A DNA stretch of 63,735 nucleotides, the filler included, from Folioceros fuciformis (Eukaryota): assembly GCA_049999805.1 (NCBI GenBank). It is 11 parts of 11 records of this genome, joined end to end, with 100 filler letters (N's around TTAATTAATTAA, not from the genome) between each part and the next. Parts side by side here need not be neighbours in the genome. Positions count along the whole stretch, not along the records: positions 48,560 to 54,196 come from JBNGIO010000511.1; positions 54,297 to 57,109 come from JBNGIO010000512.1; positions 57,210 to 58,774 come from JBNGIO010000513.1; positions 58,875 to 61,984 come from JBNGIO010000514.1; positions 62,085 to 63,735 come from JBNGIO010000524.1; 6 more parts are not named here. One strand, written 5' to 3'. The translations under genes were made by a program, and so were the position numbers. The notes beneath the pieces are model-generated. The model ran no database searches. It saw nothing but the letters and a program-made list of their open reading frames with translations, and was not told where the DNA came from. Shown here one piece after another: positions 53,071 to 63,735 of the stretch; position 1 is the first letter of the stretch; the number at the start of each line of letters is the position of its first letter.

Positions 53071-55002
53071 CCACTATATGGTCGGCAGCTAGGATCGATG
53101 CCGATGGCGATCGCTGCTTAGAGTTATTGCTACTTGGTTGCATGGTGGCTAGTGGCCTCGGGGTGCGGCCCTCTCTCTCCTTGATTATGTTCGCCTTGCA
53201 CGAGTGGAACTTGAGTCTCAACTGCTACACCTGCAACATGGATGCAACTTCCCTGGAGCTCAGGCGGTCGAGTGGCGGGAGGGCACTAGGATGAGGTGCG
53301 CAGTTACAGCACCGTGTAGGATCGACACTCCACCAATGTGGCTTGGCTGATGCATACGACGATGAAGACACACTTAGGACTGAAGACGCAGCTACGACTA
53401 GAGACACACCTAGGGCTGATGATGCACCTACGAATGCAGACACACTGAGGACTGAAGATGCACCTACGACTGAAGGCGCACTAGGTCACTTGGCTGATGC
53501 CTGCAAGGACTGAAGACGCAGAAGCGAGGGCGCTTATGATCCTGACTTGGGCTGGTTATGAGGATCGGTGAGGAGGAGCCTATCTGGGCAAATTTGTGGT
53601 CGACGAGCATGCCATTGCAAGGGAGATGCGTGGCAACTTCACTTCACCAGGATGACGCATGTGTTCAATGTGACACCCAAGTGGGTGTGCTTGTGCTACA
53701 GATAGGGGGAGGGAGTGGATCGAGCGAGAGGGAAGTAGGGGTCATCTTTGTTCCGTTAATGTCCACATGACGGGAAATGTAGATGCTTGTATACAAGAGT
53801 TTGGATGCAACCATGTAGCCACACCAGCGGTCGGCCCCCACCAGCACCGATGTCTACAACAGCGAACAGTCTAGTTTCCCGCCATTTTGGCTCTGTCTTG
53901 TGTCATTTGAGGATTGTGTTTGTGACAAATCCGTGTTTGCACCGTCGGAATGCGGCCATTTATGGAACCCCCTACTCCATGATTCCCTAAACCCGAGAGG
54001 TAAGGCCAAAATTATCACTTGTCGAACCATGGTCACCTGATAAAACGTCACCTGCTGGTCTCGAGTTACGAGCTTGGGCTGGCAGGACGGTCTCGTAAAT
54101 GAGGAACATAACAATGTTCGCGGGTTACAAACACGTCAGCAAAACGCAGCTGATGTTACCCATCTACGCATGTATTCAGTTGGGTAGGATGCACTCNNNN
54201 NNNNNNNNNNNNNNNNNNNNNNNNNNNNNNNNNNNNNNNNTTAATTAATTAANNNNNNNNNNNNNNNNNNNNNNNNNNNNNNNNNNNNNNNNNNNNGGTG
54301 AGGGGGATGGGGGCGGCCGCAACTCCTACCTCTCGCTTAGTTAGGGCACAGCCTCCATAGCCATTCAGGCCAGCCAGCCTGACGTTAGACTCTGACATAC
54401 CATACCCCACATATTCCCGTTCCTAGGTTCCTCTTATTATTTCATTATTTTATATTATTCTATTATTATTCTATTTTTCTTTAATCATTTAATAGTATAT
54501 ATCTTTAATTAATATTAAACTAATCACCAGACCTAGACTTAACCTTTCCCGACCCTATGGTTTGGTACCAGACCTAAACCTTCCCAGGTCTAGGACCAAA
54601 CTATACCCACTCTAATAACCAAACCAACTATTTACTGGTCTATTATCCTAATTAGCACAAAAAAAGGAAAAATGACCAGAAAATAAAGGAAAATTAAGAA
54701 AAATATGTAGGATAAGAAAACCAAACCAAAAAATACCACTGTTAACCTTTTTTCAACCAAAACAAACCACTACCCCAAACTTTGGAGGTTCACAGATACC
54801 ATGAGAACAATGAGATTAGGGAGCATGGCAACTCTCAGAGCGATTCTTTTGTGTATTTGAAATTGAATAAATAAAAAGGTGTCTTTCTACATCAACGTCC
54901 AGACTTAAATATTAATTATCCTATCTACCTAACTTACTCTATAGGGTCGCATCGTTTTGTCTGGGTTTACCTCACATATTAGCCTAAATATAATTAAGGG
55001 TG

Positions 55003-56965
55003 CTATATATGGTTTAACACTCCATACGTCCGGTTGTACCATTGCTGAGCTTGTCCTCTCAGCAAGCTTGGAAAGATCCTTAAATGATTAGCTGTAGTGT
55101 CCTCCAGGTTGGCACGAGACACATGCTCGAACATCCTTAGGAAGGACTCAACATCCTCCCTTCTCTTGTCTCTGAACTTCATGTATTGCTGACGACTATG
55201 AATAGGAGCAACCATCCTTGCAGCAATTCCTCTGCCCACTTGGCTGATACTGGAGGAAGTACAGCCCCTACTGAAACCACGTCAGGGGCTGACAATGGAA
55301 CAATGGCCAGCAAGGGGACTGAATGACCACCAACAAGTGAGTGCAAGCTACCCAGCAGTGACACCACAGCTGAAGTATCACTTGGAGTTGACTTCGAAAC
55401 ACTTGGCTGTAGAACAGACTCCCTCTCAACACGACCGACTTGCTCGCTGTAAGACACCTTCTTACATATAGATGTACTACCAACCTCTTGAAGGTCATGC
55501 TCTCTAGTAATCGACCCTTCAGACTTGTACTCTCCACTTGACCAAGGCAGCTCCTCCTCCACAAGGGTGCTAGCCTTAGGGGTCAAGCTACTCTCCCCTC
55601 TCAGCAAATTCCTCCTTGTTGCAGGCAGATCCCTTGGTGAAGGGGTTACAGCTGCTCTCCCTCTACTAGTTTTGCGATCACCTCTTCCACCATATATCTA
55701 TAGGACCACTTAGACTCTCCATCCAAACAGCAAAAGAAACTCCCAAGTCGCTCCCCGCCAACGATGCAAAAAATGTGGCGGCAAAATCCCGGGCACTGTT
55801 TGCCAACGGGTTCGACCTTTAGTGGCCACACTTATCTCACTGTTGTTGAGACATTGGGTTTTGCTCCCACGAAGGAGCAATGGGGTTCCTCGCTACTATG
55901 GATGGAGGGTCGGAGTCAATCGACTCAATGACCGGATTCGAGGGCTCCCCTCCAGCTCCAATCAGGCGTGGGACAGTCCTTGTTGTCTAGAAGTCAAGTG
56001 CATCTCTCTCAATGCCCACAAATGCACTCCACTCACTACACAGACACTAACCTCTCAAATCTGTGACTTTGCTCACTCACTCCAACATTAGCACTAGCAA
56101 CAACACCACTACCTTATGCACTTCCCTATTGCCTCCCCCACTCGGCAAGAGTCACTAGACTAACCCCAAAGAAGAGCATACCACCACCCACAATCCTGCC
56201 AGACACCATGCAAGCATTGTTAGCACTCACTCCAGCCCTATGAGGAAACGAGAATGACAGATCATGGGGACACGACACGGAGAGCACGATCAAGAATTAA
56301 AGGGACCCTGCCCTTAACCTTGGCCATCACTTCTCAAAGCTTTTCCAGATTATGCACATATGCACAACGGGCACATACTACTGTATCCAAGCAGGGACAG
56401 CCTGAAAGAGATCGCAAAGTGACAACCTGCCTTCTAGGGGCTCACTCTATCTTATAGGATCCTCTCTCTCTCTTATCTCACCTCTCTCTAGCTTGACAAT
56501 TATTATTTTAATAAGACCACTAGCGTAGCCGGCTGTCACCAGCCACTTATTTAGACTTTCCTAGCACATCTTGCCGCCAATATTGATGAGCTGGCCCTAC
56601 AACTTGTTGACCCTACCACCACAAGTATCCACCACCTATTAAACTATTCTAAGACCTTGAAGGATGCCTAATCTTCAAAGATCTTGTGGATGCCGCCTCT
56701 TCCTTGCTGGATGGCTACCTGCAAAGCCTTCCCCTGCAGCTATTCCTCCTTGGTGGTTGAGCCTCCTTCCATGGGAGGAGTATGAGCAATGGGAGAAGAT
56801 AGGAAAGAGGTGGGAAGAAGGATGATTAGTAGCCGAAACCGGGCCTGAAATCGGCAGCTTATTCAACAGAATTAGCTTCCAGCCAAAATGGTTCCTCGGC
56901 CATGGAAAACTAACCCCGGGGTGATGGGACAGGCCCCGGACTATGAGGAGGAGAAAGCAAGTGAG
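55003..56965 (-). mobile_element. Gypsy element 5' end: LTR family A (55774 to about 56965), Asp-tRNA-like PBS, gag start
   Basis: CCACA followed by TTTTTTGCATCGTTGGCGGGGA, which resembles the Athila-type PBS; gag EDVESFLRMFE...FPSLLRGQAQQWY. Confidence 0.75.
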
Positions 56966-57209
56966 AGAGTTGAGTTGGAATTTATGGAATTAAATCCAAA
57001 AAATTGGGGTAAAAATAGAAAAATAGAAAGAAAACAAATACGAGAATATGGATACTATATAGGTATCAATACATATTAATATGTATCAAAATCGTATAAA
57101 ATATAAGAGNNNNNNNNNNNNNNNNNNNNNNNNNNNNNNNNNNNNNNNNNNNNTTAATTAATTAANNNNNNNNNNNNNNNNNNNNNNNNNNNNNNNNNNN
57201 NNNNNNNNN

Positions 57210-58774
57210 GATGAACAACATCTGCAGCACAAGTGTGGGAGAAATGGGGGACCTGGTGAGGACCTGTACGAGACATAAGTTGAAAGGCCAGGCAGACCAA
57301 CCATGTCATGTCACTACATGAAGATCCATAGCACGGCCCAAGGCTGAGCACCGCTGCTGAATTGTGACTTGCGGTGCTGCTGTAGAATGGGTGTGAAAAC
57401 CCATCACTCGCTCCCGTTCCTCCACATTGGGTTCCTCCCACTGTTGTTTGTCAGTGTTCAACAACATGCCAGCTCCCTACCCTCTATATGCATGAGAGCA
57501 GGGATAGCTCACCAGCGTAGGAAGGGTACTGCGTGGCTGTCCTGGGACGTTGGTGCTGTACCAAGGCTTCCTCTCTGCAGCACGGACAGGCCGAGGCTAG
57601 TGATTGCTGTCTAGGACTGTGACCAGGCTCAAGGATGGGTCTCGAGTGGTACCAGCCAACACCAATTCTAGCAAGGGTTGGGGTGCAAGGTTGGTCCAAA
57701 AATTACGCAACCGATGTGCGTAACTACCCACTTGTACAGCATCAAGTAACAAAGGAACTCCCACATGCTATTGGATCACAACAATGTCCTGTTGAACCTG
57801 TAGTCGAGAATCTAGCTGGGCTGGAGTGTTCTCCAAAATGTAAGCACAGGTAGGGTTGTGGGCTTGAATCCACACCAAGATGCATCGTAGATCCCAGAAA
57901 AGAGCAAAGCGCGTATCTTGCAAACCTGCTCCAGCGCCAGCTGAGGAAAACCCTTGGCATTCCTACCCAGCCACTACGATGTCTATGGGTGGTAGGCACT
58001 GAATGTGCCTAACCTGGATGTAGGACCACTAGAGGAGCATGGTGGAGGAGAGGAGAAGAGGAGGCAGAGAGGAGAGGAGAAAAAGAGGTCACATTGAGAG
58101 TAGTTGGCAAGGGAGCTCAAGGGGGTATTTATACCCTCTAGAAAAGCTCCCTAGGAAGCTTCACAAGAAGCTCACAGGAAGCTGCGCAAGAAGCTTCCTA
58201 CAGATTAGCTTAAGCTAATCTAAACTAATGATACTTAACTAAACACTAATCTTAGACTAAACACATTAGTCTAAGCACATTAACTAGACACTAATCTTAG
58301 ACTAAACACATTAGCCTAAGCACATTGGGCTTTAATAACCCTACACTGGATGTACTGGACATCATGTGGAAGGGCTGTAAACATGGCAGCCGTGGCAATG
58401 AGTGGCAGCTGTGCTGGAAATCGGGGTTGAAGTCCCTAAATTCGAAAAGCAGCTAGCTTCCTAGTTGTGGGACACTTGTCACAATAAATGTATTGGGCCA
58501 CAACCAGCCCATTCTACAGCATGGCTTCCAATCTAGTGCATAAGCCCCCAAATAGTTCCAGAACTGTTAAGCCAGGTGTAGAGGGTGTCCATGCTATGAT
58601 GGACTAATTGACATCGCCGAGCGTTGGTTGCTCATCTAGTGCAGGAGGTGGCTGCATCCTTTGAAGGGCCAATTGCACATGTGGGGTGGCCACGAGCAAG
58701 ACGTCTACAGATAGGTCACCCGTGTCATTTTCAACAACACATCCCTCAAGCACGAGGTTGCTACTAATGACTGT
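57210..58774 (-). pseudogene. C5-cytosine DNA methyltransferase domain, intronless, probably retrotransposon-borne; split by a solo LTR
   Basis: One frame after removing the LTR and one TSD copy: motif I GLTVLELFGGLC (from 58573), IV IDIVVAG*ECQGFS (Cys 57957-57959), VI YILENT, VIII AHRLRNFWTN, TRD LPTLV, IX EERERVMGF, X LGRAMD. Confidence 0.9.
58019..58345 (-). mobile_element. Copia solo LTR with 5-bp TSD
   Basis: TG...CA ends flanked by CTGGA at 58014-58018 and 58346-58350; internal duplication of about 41 bp. Confidence 0.93.
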
Positions 58775-58876
58775 NNNNNNNNNNNNNNNNNNNNNNNNNN
58801 NNNNNNNNNNNNNNNNNNTTAATTAATTAANNNNNNNNNNNNNNNNNNNNNNNNNNNNNNNNNNNNNNNNNNNNAT

Positions 58877-61800
58877 CGAGTTCTCTTTTCGAATAGAGGC
58901 TCAAAAAGGCAGCCACCACGACAGGGATCACAGAACCAGAATGCTGGTGGCAGTGGGAGTTTCAAGCGCCGCCCAACATCATCTGCTAACAAGAAAAAGG
59001 GCTCTTGCAACTGGTGCCTGATCCCAGGCCATTGGGAGGCGGAGTGCAGGAAAAAGAAGGCGGGTGAGCCTCGCCGTACAGTTCCACCTGAAGCCAACAT
59101 GGCATCTAGAAAGCCTAGCACAGTTCTAGCAGTATATATGGTGTCCACACCACAATACAGACATGCATGGTACCTCGATTCAGGTGCATCGTCACATATT
59201 TGCCATACTAGATCAGCATTCTCTGAGTACAGAAAGGTCCCAAATGGTCAGGTTGTGCTCCTTGGTGACGACCGAGGTTTGCCAATTAAAGGAATAGGCA
59301 AAGTTCCTGGCCAAACCACAACTGGTAGAGTTGAAATCTTGCTAGAGGTTCTGCATGTACCAACCTTGGTCAAGAATTTGGTGTCAGTTTACCTGTTAGA
59401 CGTACAGCATAAATTGAGCACCATGTGTGAAAATGGTCAGTGCCATATTGTTGACCAGGCAAACAAGTCAGAAGTTTTTGCAATTGGGACACCAGAACAC
59501 AATCTTTACAAGCTGGATATTCAGTATGGGCATGGGAGACTATTGGCGAACCTGACACAGGCACAGAAGGATGAGCAGGATGCCAGGCTGTGGCATGCGC
59601 GATTGGGACATACTTACTTTGACAAATTGAATATGATGGTCAACAGTGAAACACTTTACCGGGAAAGGTTCTTGATGAAGCCTGCGGAGAAGCCTTTCTG
59701 CGAGGCGTGCGTGTTTGGCAAACACCACCGAGCTCCATACAAAGACAGTAATCCAACACGTGCTACCAAGCTCTTGGAGCTAGTACACTCAGATATATGT
59801 GGACCTATGTCCACAATGTCACTTGGTGGAGCCAGATATTTTCTGTCATTCATAGATGACTGGAGCCGATACACGGTAGTGTATCCCATCAAACAGAAGG
59901 GTCAAACTCTGGATTGTTTCATGGAGTTTGTTATGTTTGCACAGAGACAAACAGGTCAGCTGCTGAAAGTCTTGAGAAGTGATAACGGAGGCGAGTACAT
60001 CTCAGATGCCTTCACCAGCTTTTGCAAGAGACAAGGCAAAGCCAGACAGCTGACGACTCCATACACGTCAACACAAAATCCCATAGCTGAAATTTCCAAT
60101 CGGCATACACAGGAATCAGCAAAAGCAATGCTCCAGCAAGCACGACTTCCGAGAGGATACTGGGCTGAAGCAGTATGTACGACAGTGTACATTAGGAACA
60201 GGGTTCCTACCAGTGTGTTCACAGGAGCAACTCCATATGAGCGCTGGACAAACCATAAGCCGAGAATCAATCATCTCAGAATATTTGGTGCAACAGCATA
60301 TGCTCATCTGTCTGAGGATCAGCGAGTCAAGCTCGACTACAAGGCACACAAGTACGTGTTTGTAGGCTACACGGAAGGAATCAAGGGGTACAAATTGATG
60401 GACCCGCTCACCAGAGGCATAACTCATTGCCGGAGTGTGGTATTCGACGAGTTGTCTCTGCTCGTACCTCAACCTGAGCTTCCAGAGCGGATCCCTGCAC
60501 AGATTGCATCCACAAGTGAGGCATCAGAAAGAGAAAGTAGTGAGGAGACCTTCCAGCACACAAGTACTACAACTCAGTACGCACACGTACCTGCAGTTGC
60601 AATCAACCAGCCTGCAAGTATTTTTCCGGATGACGATGATGGAGAAGCTTCTAATGACACCCAAGCTGAGATAGTTGCTGGTAATCCAAATGAGGAGGAT
60701 ACAGGTGACAGCCATACTGGCAGCCATGAGGAGGCTGTCGATACACAAACTGAACAGGGTTTTTCATCTGAAGTAGAGGTGGAAACAGCTCCAGAAGCTG
60801 TGGGTCCAAGACGAAGCAGCAGGAAGCACACTGCCTCACCCTACGAATGGGTAACACCACCTCTCTCATACAGTTCGTTTCTGGTGCAGGATTATAGTGC
60901 ACCAGATAATCTGTATGAGCCACAGTCATACAAAGAAGCAGTCAGCGGTCCAGAAGCTGCAAAGTGGGCTGCTGCAATTGAATCAGAGTACCAGTCTCTG
61001 ATTGATAATAGGACGTGGGAACTGGTGGACTTACCTGCTGGCAGGAAACCTGTAACCTGCAAGTGGGTATTTAAAAAGAAGCTTGCTGCTGATGGCAGTA
61101 TAGCGCGGTTTAAGGCTCGACTTGTGGCAAGAGGGTATAGCCAGGTGGAGGGCCTGGATTATACAGAAACCTTTTCACCTGTAGTCAGGGCAACCTCTGT
61201 TCGCACATTATTAGCAATTGCAGCACAAAGAGATTACGCCATGGAACACATGGACGTGAAGACTGCTTTCTTGAATGGAACCCTGGAAGAAACGATTTTC
61301 ATGAATCAGCCAGAAGGTTTTGTAGACACCAAGCAGCCAGGAAAGGTATGCAGGCTCATTAAGACAATCTACGGACTAAAACAGTCCCCACGAGCCTGGT
61401 ACAAACGCATCGACACGTACCTTAAGCAGTCAGGGTTTCTGCAATCTGAATCTGACTCAAATGTGTACAAGTTGGAGGAGAAAGACGGAGTAGTCTTTCT
61501 GGCTCTATACGTGGACGATGCTGTCCTCATTGCCAGCAGCCCAAAGATTATGGCCAAGGTCAAATCTATACTCACCTCTGAGTTTTCCATGACTGACTTG
61601 GGGAAGCTCACATGGTTCCTCGGCATAGAAATCTTGCAAGACATGGAACAGCACACAGTCTTCATACATCAGGCTCCGTACATCAACCAGGTGTTAGCTC
61701 GATACAGGATGTCTGACTGCAAACCTGCTGCAACGCCGATGGCCATTGGTGATAAGCTGAGTGTTGAGCAGGCACCTAAAACAGAGACAGAGAGGCAGCA

Positions 61801-61984
61801 AATGGAAAATATTCCATACAGGTCAGCTGTATGCTCACTAATTTACTGTAGAAATTGGACGAGACCTGACTTGTCCTACGCAGTGGGAGTAACCTCTCAG
61901 TTCTTAACATGTTATGGACCAGCACATTGGGCAGTTGTACAGAGGGTGATGAGATACCTGAAGGGCACGCCGAGACTTGGCCTG
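58877..61984 (+). CDS. Uninterrupted Copia gag-pol ORF (zinc knuckle, PR, INT, RT), truncated by gaps at both ends
   Basis: More than 1030 open codons: [56 protein letters not shown]. Confidence 0.95.
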
Positions 61985-62084
61985 NNNNNNNNNNNNNNNN
62001 NNNNNNNNNNNNNNNNNNNNNNNNNNNNTTAATTAATTAANNNNNNNNNNNNNNNNNNNNNNNNNNNNNNNNNNNNNNNNNNNN

Positions 62085-63554
62085 TGTAGCACTTGGTATA
62101 TGCTGATAGATAGGGTGAGATTAGGGAGATGTAGGTAACCTTGACATTAGTTCACTCCCTTGGGAGCGAATCATAAGACTGCAACGATAATAAGGGGAAG
62201 TGTGGCCCCTTGGTGGTTCTTGGGTGTGCAAGAAATCACTCCACATATACCTTTCCTGGAGATCATCATGCAGAAATGCCGACTTCACATCCATCTAGAC
62301 AAGTTCCATGTCGTGCCTCGCAACCAGACCAAGAACACATCTCAAGGTGGTCATTTTGACAACTGGCGAGAAAATCTCATCAAAGTCAATACCTTGCTGT
62401 TGCTTAAAACCCCTAGCAACCAATTGTGCCTTGTACTTGGGTTTGCCATAATGGGGTATGTCCTTCATCTTATACACCCATTTGCATGTCAATGCCTTCT
62501 TGCCCCTAGGCAACCGAACTAATTCCCAAGTTTGGTTCTTATGGAGCGAATCCATCTGCGACTGCATCGCCTTCTCCCACTTGTCCTTATCGGCCACTGA
62601 CATGGCCTCTTGATAACAAGAGGGCTCCCCCTAATCCGTCAGCATGACATAATCAAGAGATGCAACATACCTGTTAGGAGGATGTGAGATCCTTCCTGAC
62701 CTACGAAGTACTGGCGCCTCGACTGGAGCTGGTTGCACTCTCTCCTCTTCTACAAGTGGAGGAACTTGTTCCTGCACATCACGACGGTTAACTTGCGCAG
62801 GACAGTCAAATCCATCTTCTTGAAAGACCACCTGTCGCACCTTCACAGTTGGAGTAGGCTTCTTCTGCATCTTGGTCTCATTGAAGAACACGTCATTGCT
62901 GCGAACCATCCTCTTGGCTTCTGAATCCCACAGACGGTATCCCATCTCACCATATTCACCATAGCCAAGAAAAATACATTTCTTGGACTTAAGTGCCAAC
63001 TTGTCCCGAAACTCCTTCGGAACATGGTAGTAGGCCTTGTAGCCAAAACACTCGTAGATGCTTGTATGACGGCTTCTTTCCAGACCACATCTCTTGTGGA
63101 ACCTGTTCATCCACAGCCCTATTAAGAGATCTGTTAATAAGATGCACCGCAGTAACCACTGCTTCTGCCCAAAATCCGTTAGGTAATCTAGAGTTTGACA
63201 ACAAACTACGCATCCTCTCCTGGATGGTCCTATTCATTTGTTCAGCCACACCATTCTGGGGAGGAGTATACGGTGTAGTCAATTCTCTCTTGATTCCCTT
63301 GGAATCACAGAATGACTGGAAAGCCTTGGAAACATACTCTCCCCCATTGTCTGTCCTCAGACACTTCAGTTGCAGGCCAGATTGATTCTCCACAAGTGTG
63401 GACTGAAACTTGCACCCAAGAACCACCAAGGGGCCACACTTCCCCTTATTATCGTTGCAGTCTTATGATTCGCTCCCAAGGGAGTGAACTAATGTCAAGG
63501 TTACCTACATCTCCCTAATCTCACCCTATCTATCAGCATATACCAAGTGCTACA
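62085..63554. repeat. Inverted repeat arms 62085-62245 and 63397-63554 (family B ends) enclosing the Copia fragment
   Basis: Outer 140 bp or so are identical in reverse complement; both arms end TGTGGA at the inner junction. Confidence 0.9.
62246..63396 (-). mobile_element. Copia INT-RT fragment, same family as 33196-37822
   Basis: Colinear with about 34690-35840. Confidence 0.9.
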
Positions 63555-63735
63555 GCAATAGGTCAGAAGTCTCGGTCCTGTCTTCGGCTCCTACCACAAC
63601 ACCAACCCCAGCCTCAACAAAATAAGAACTCCAGCATTGTCTTCAGCCTTCATTTCCAGCTCCAAGTATCAATCACTTCAGTGCTAAGAGGAGGCTCCAG
63701 CCCCAAGTCTGGCCTCCAACTCTCAGCACCTAGTG

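Noticed and set aside
53340-53525. Hammerhead-like CTGATGA/CTGAAGA repeats
   Set aside because: The GAAA core is absent (GACA) and stems I and III are not convincing; this is a short imperfect tandem repeat.
57210-61984. Methyltransferase as part of the neighbouring intact Copia or the adjacent Gypsy LTR
   Set aside because: Separated by spacers, opposite strand to the Copia, and in a very different state of decay; linkage cannot be claimed.

Overview
Eukaryotic nuclear DNA from a green plant, probably a non-seed or early-diverging streptophyte (short GT-AG introns, plant TIC22/RIC1/LPEAT2 genes, heavily C-to-T decayed LTR elements); the species cannot be named. The window is 11 contigs joined by an artificial 100-nt spacer (44 N + TTAATTAATTAA + 44 N), so adjacency across gaps is unproven. 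Host genes: a tandem-rhodanese gene divergent from a TIC22-like gene, RIC1, the 3' part of LPEAT2, and a frameshifted TIM17 pseudogene. The rest is nested Copia, Gypsy and hAT debris plus one long intact Copia pol ORF. Most notable, and missed by the ORF track: a complete intronless C5-cytosine DNA methyltransferase domain (57210-58774, minus strand). It is split by a Copia solo LTR, inactivated by TAG stops, and resembles methyltransferases carried by retrotransposons. A decayed ParB/Srx-like ORF (about 11.1-11.8 kb) is a second unusual cargo.
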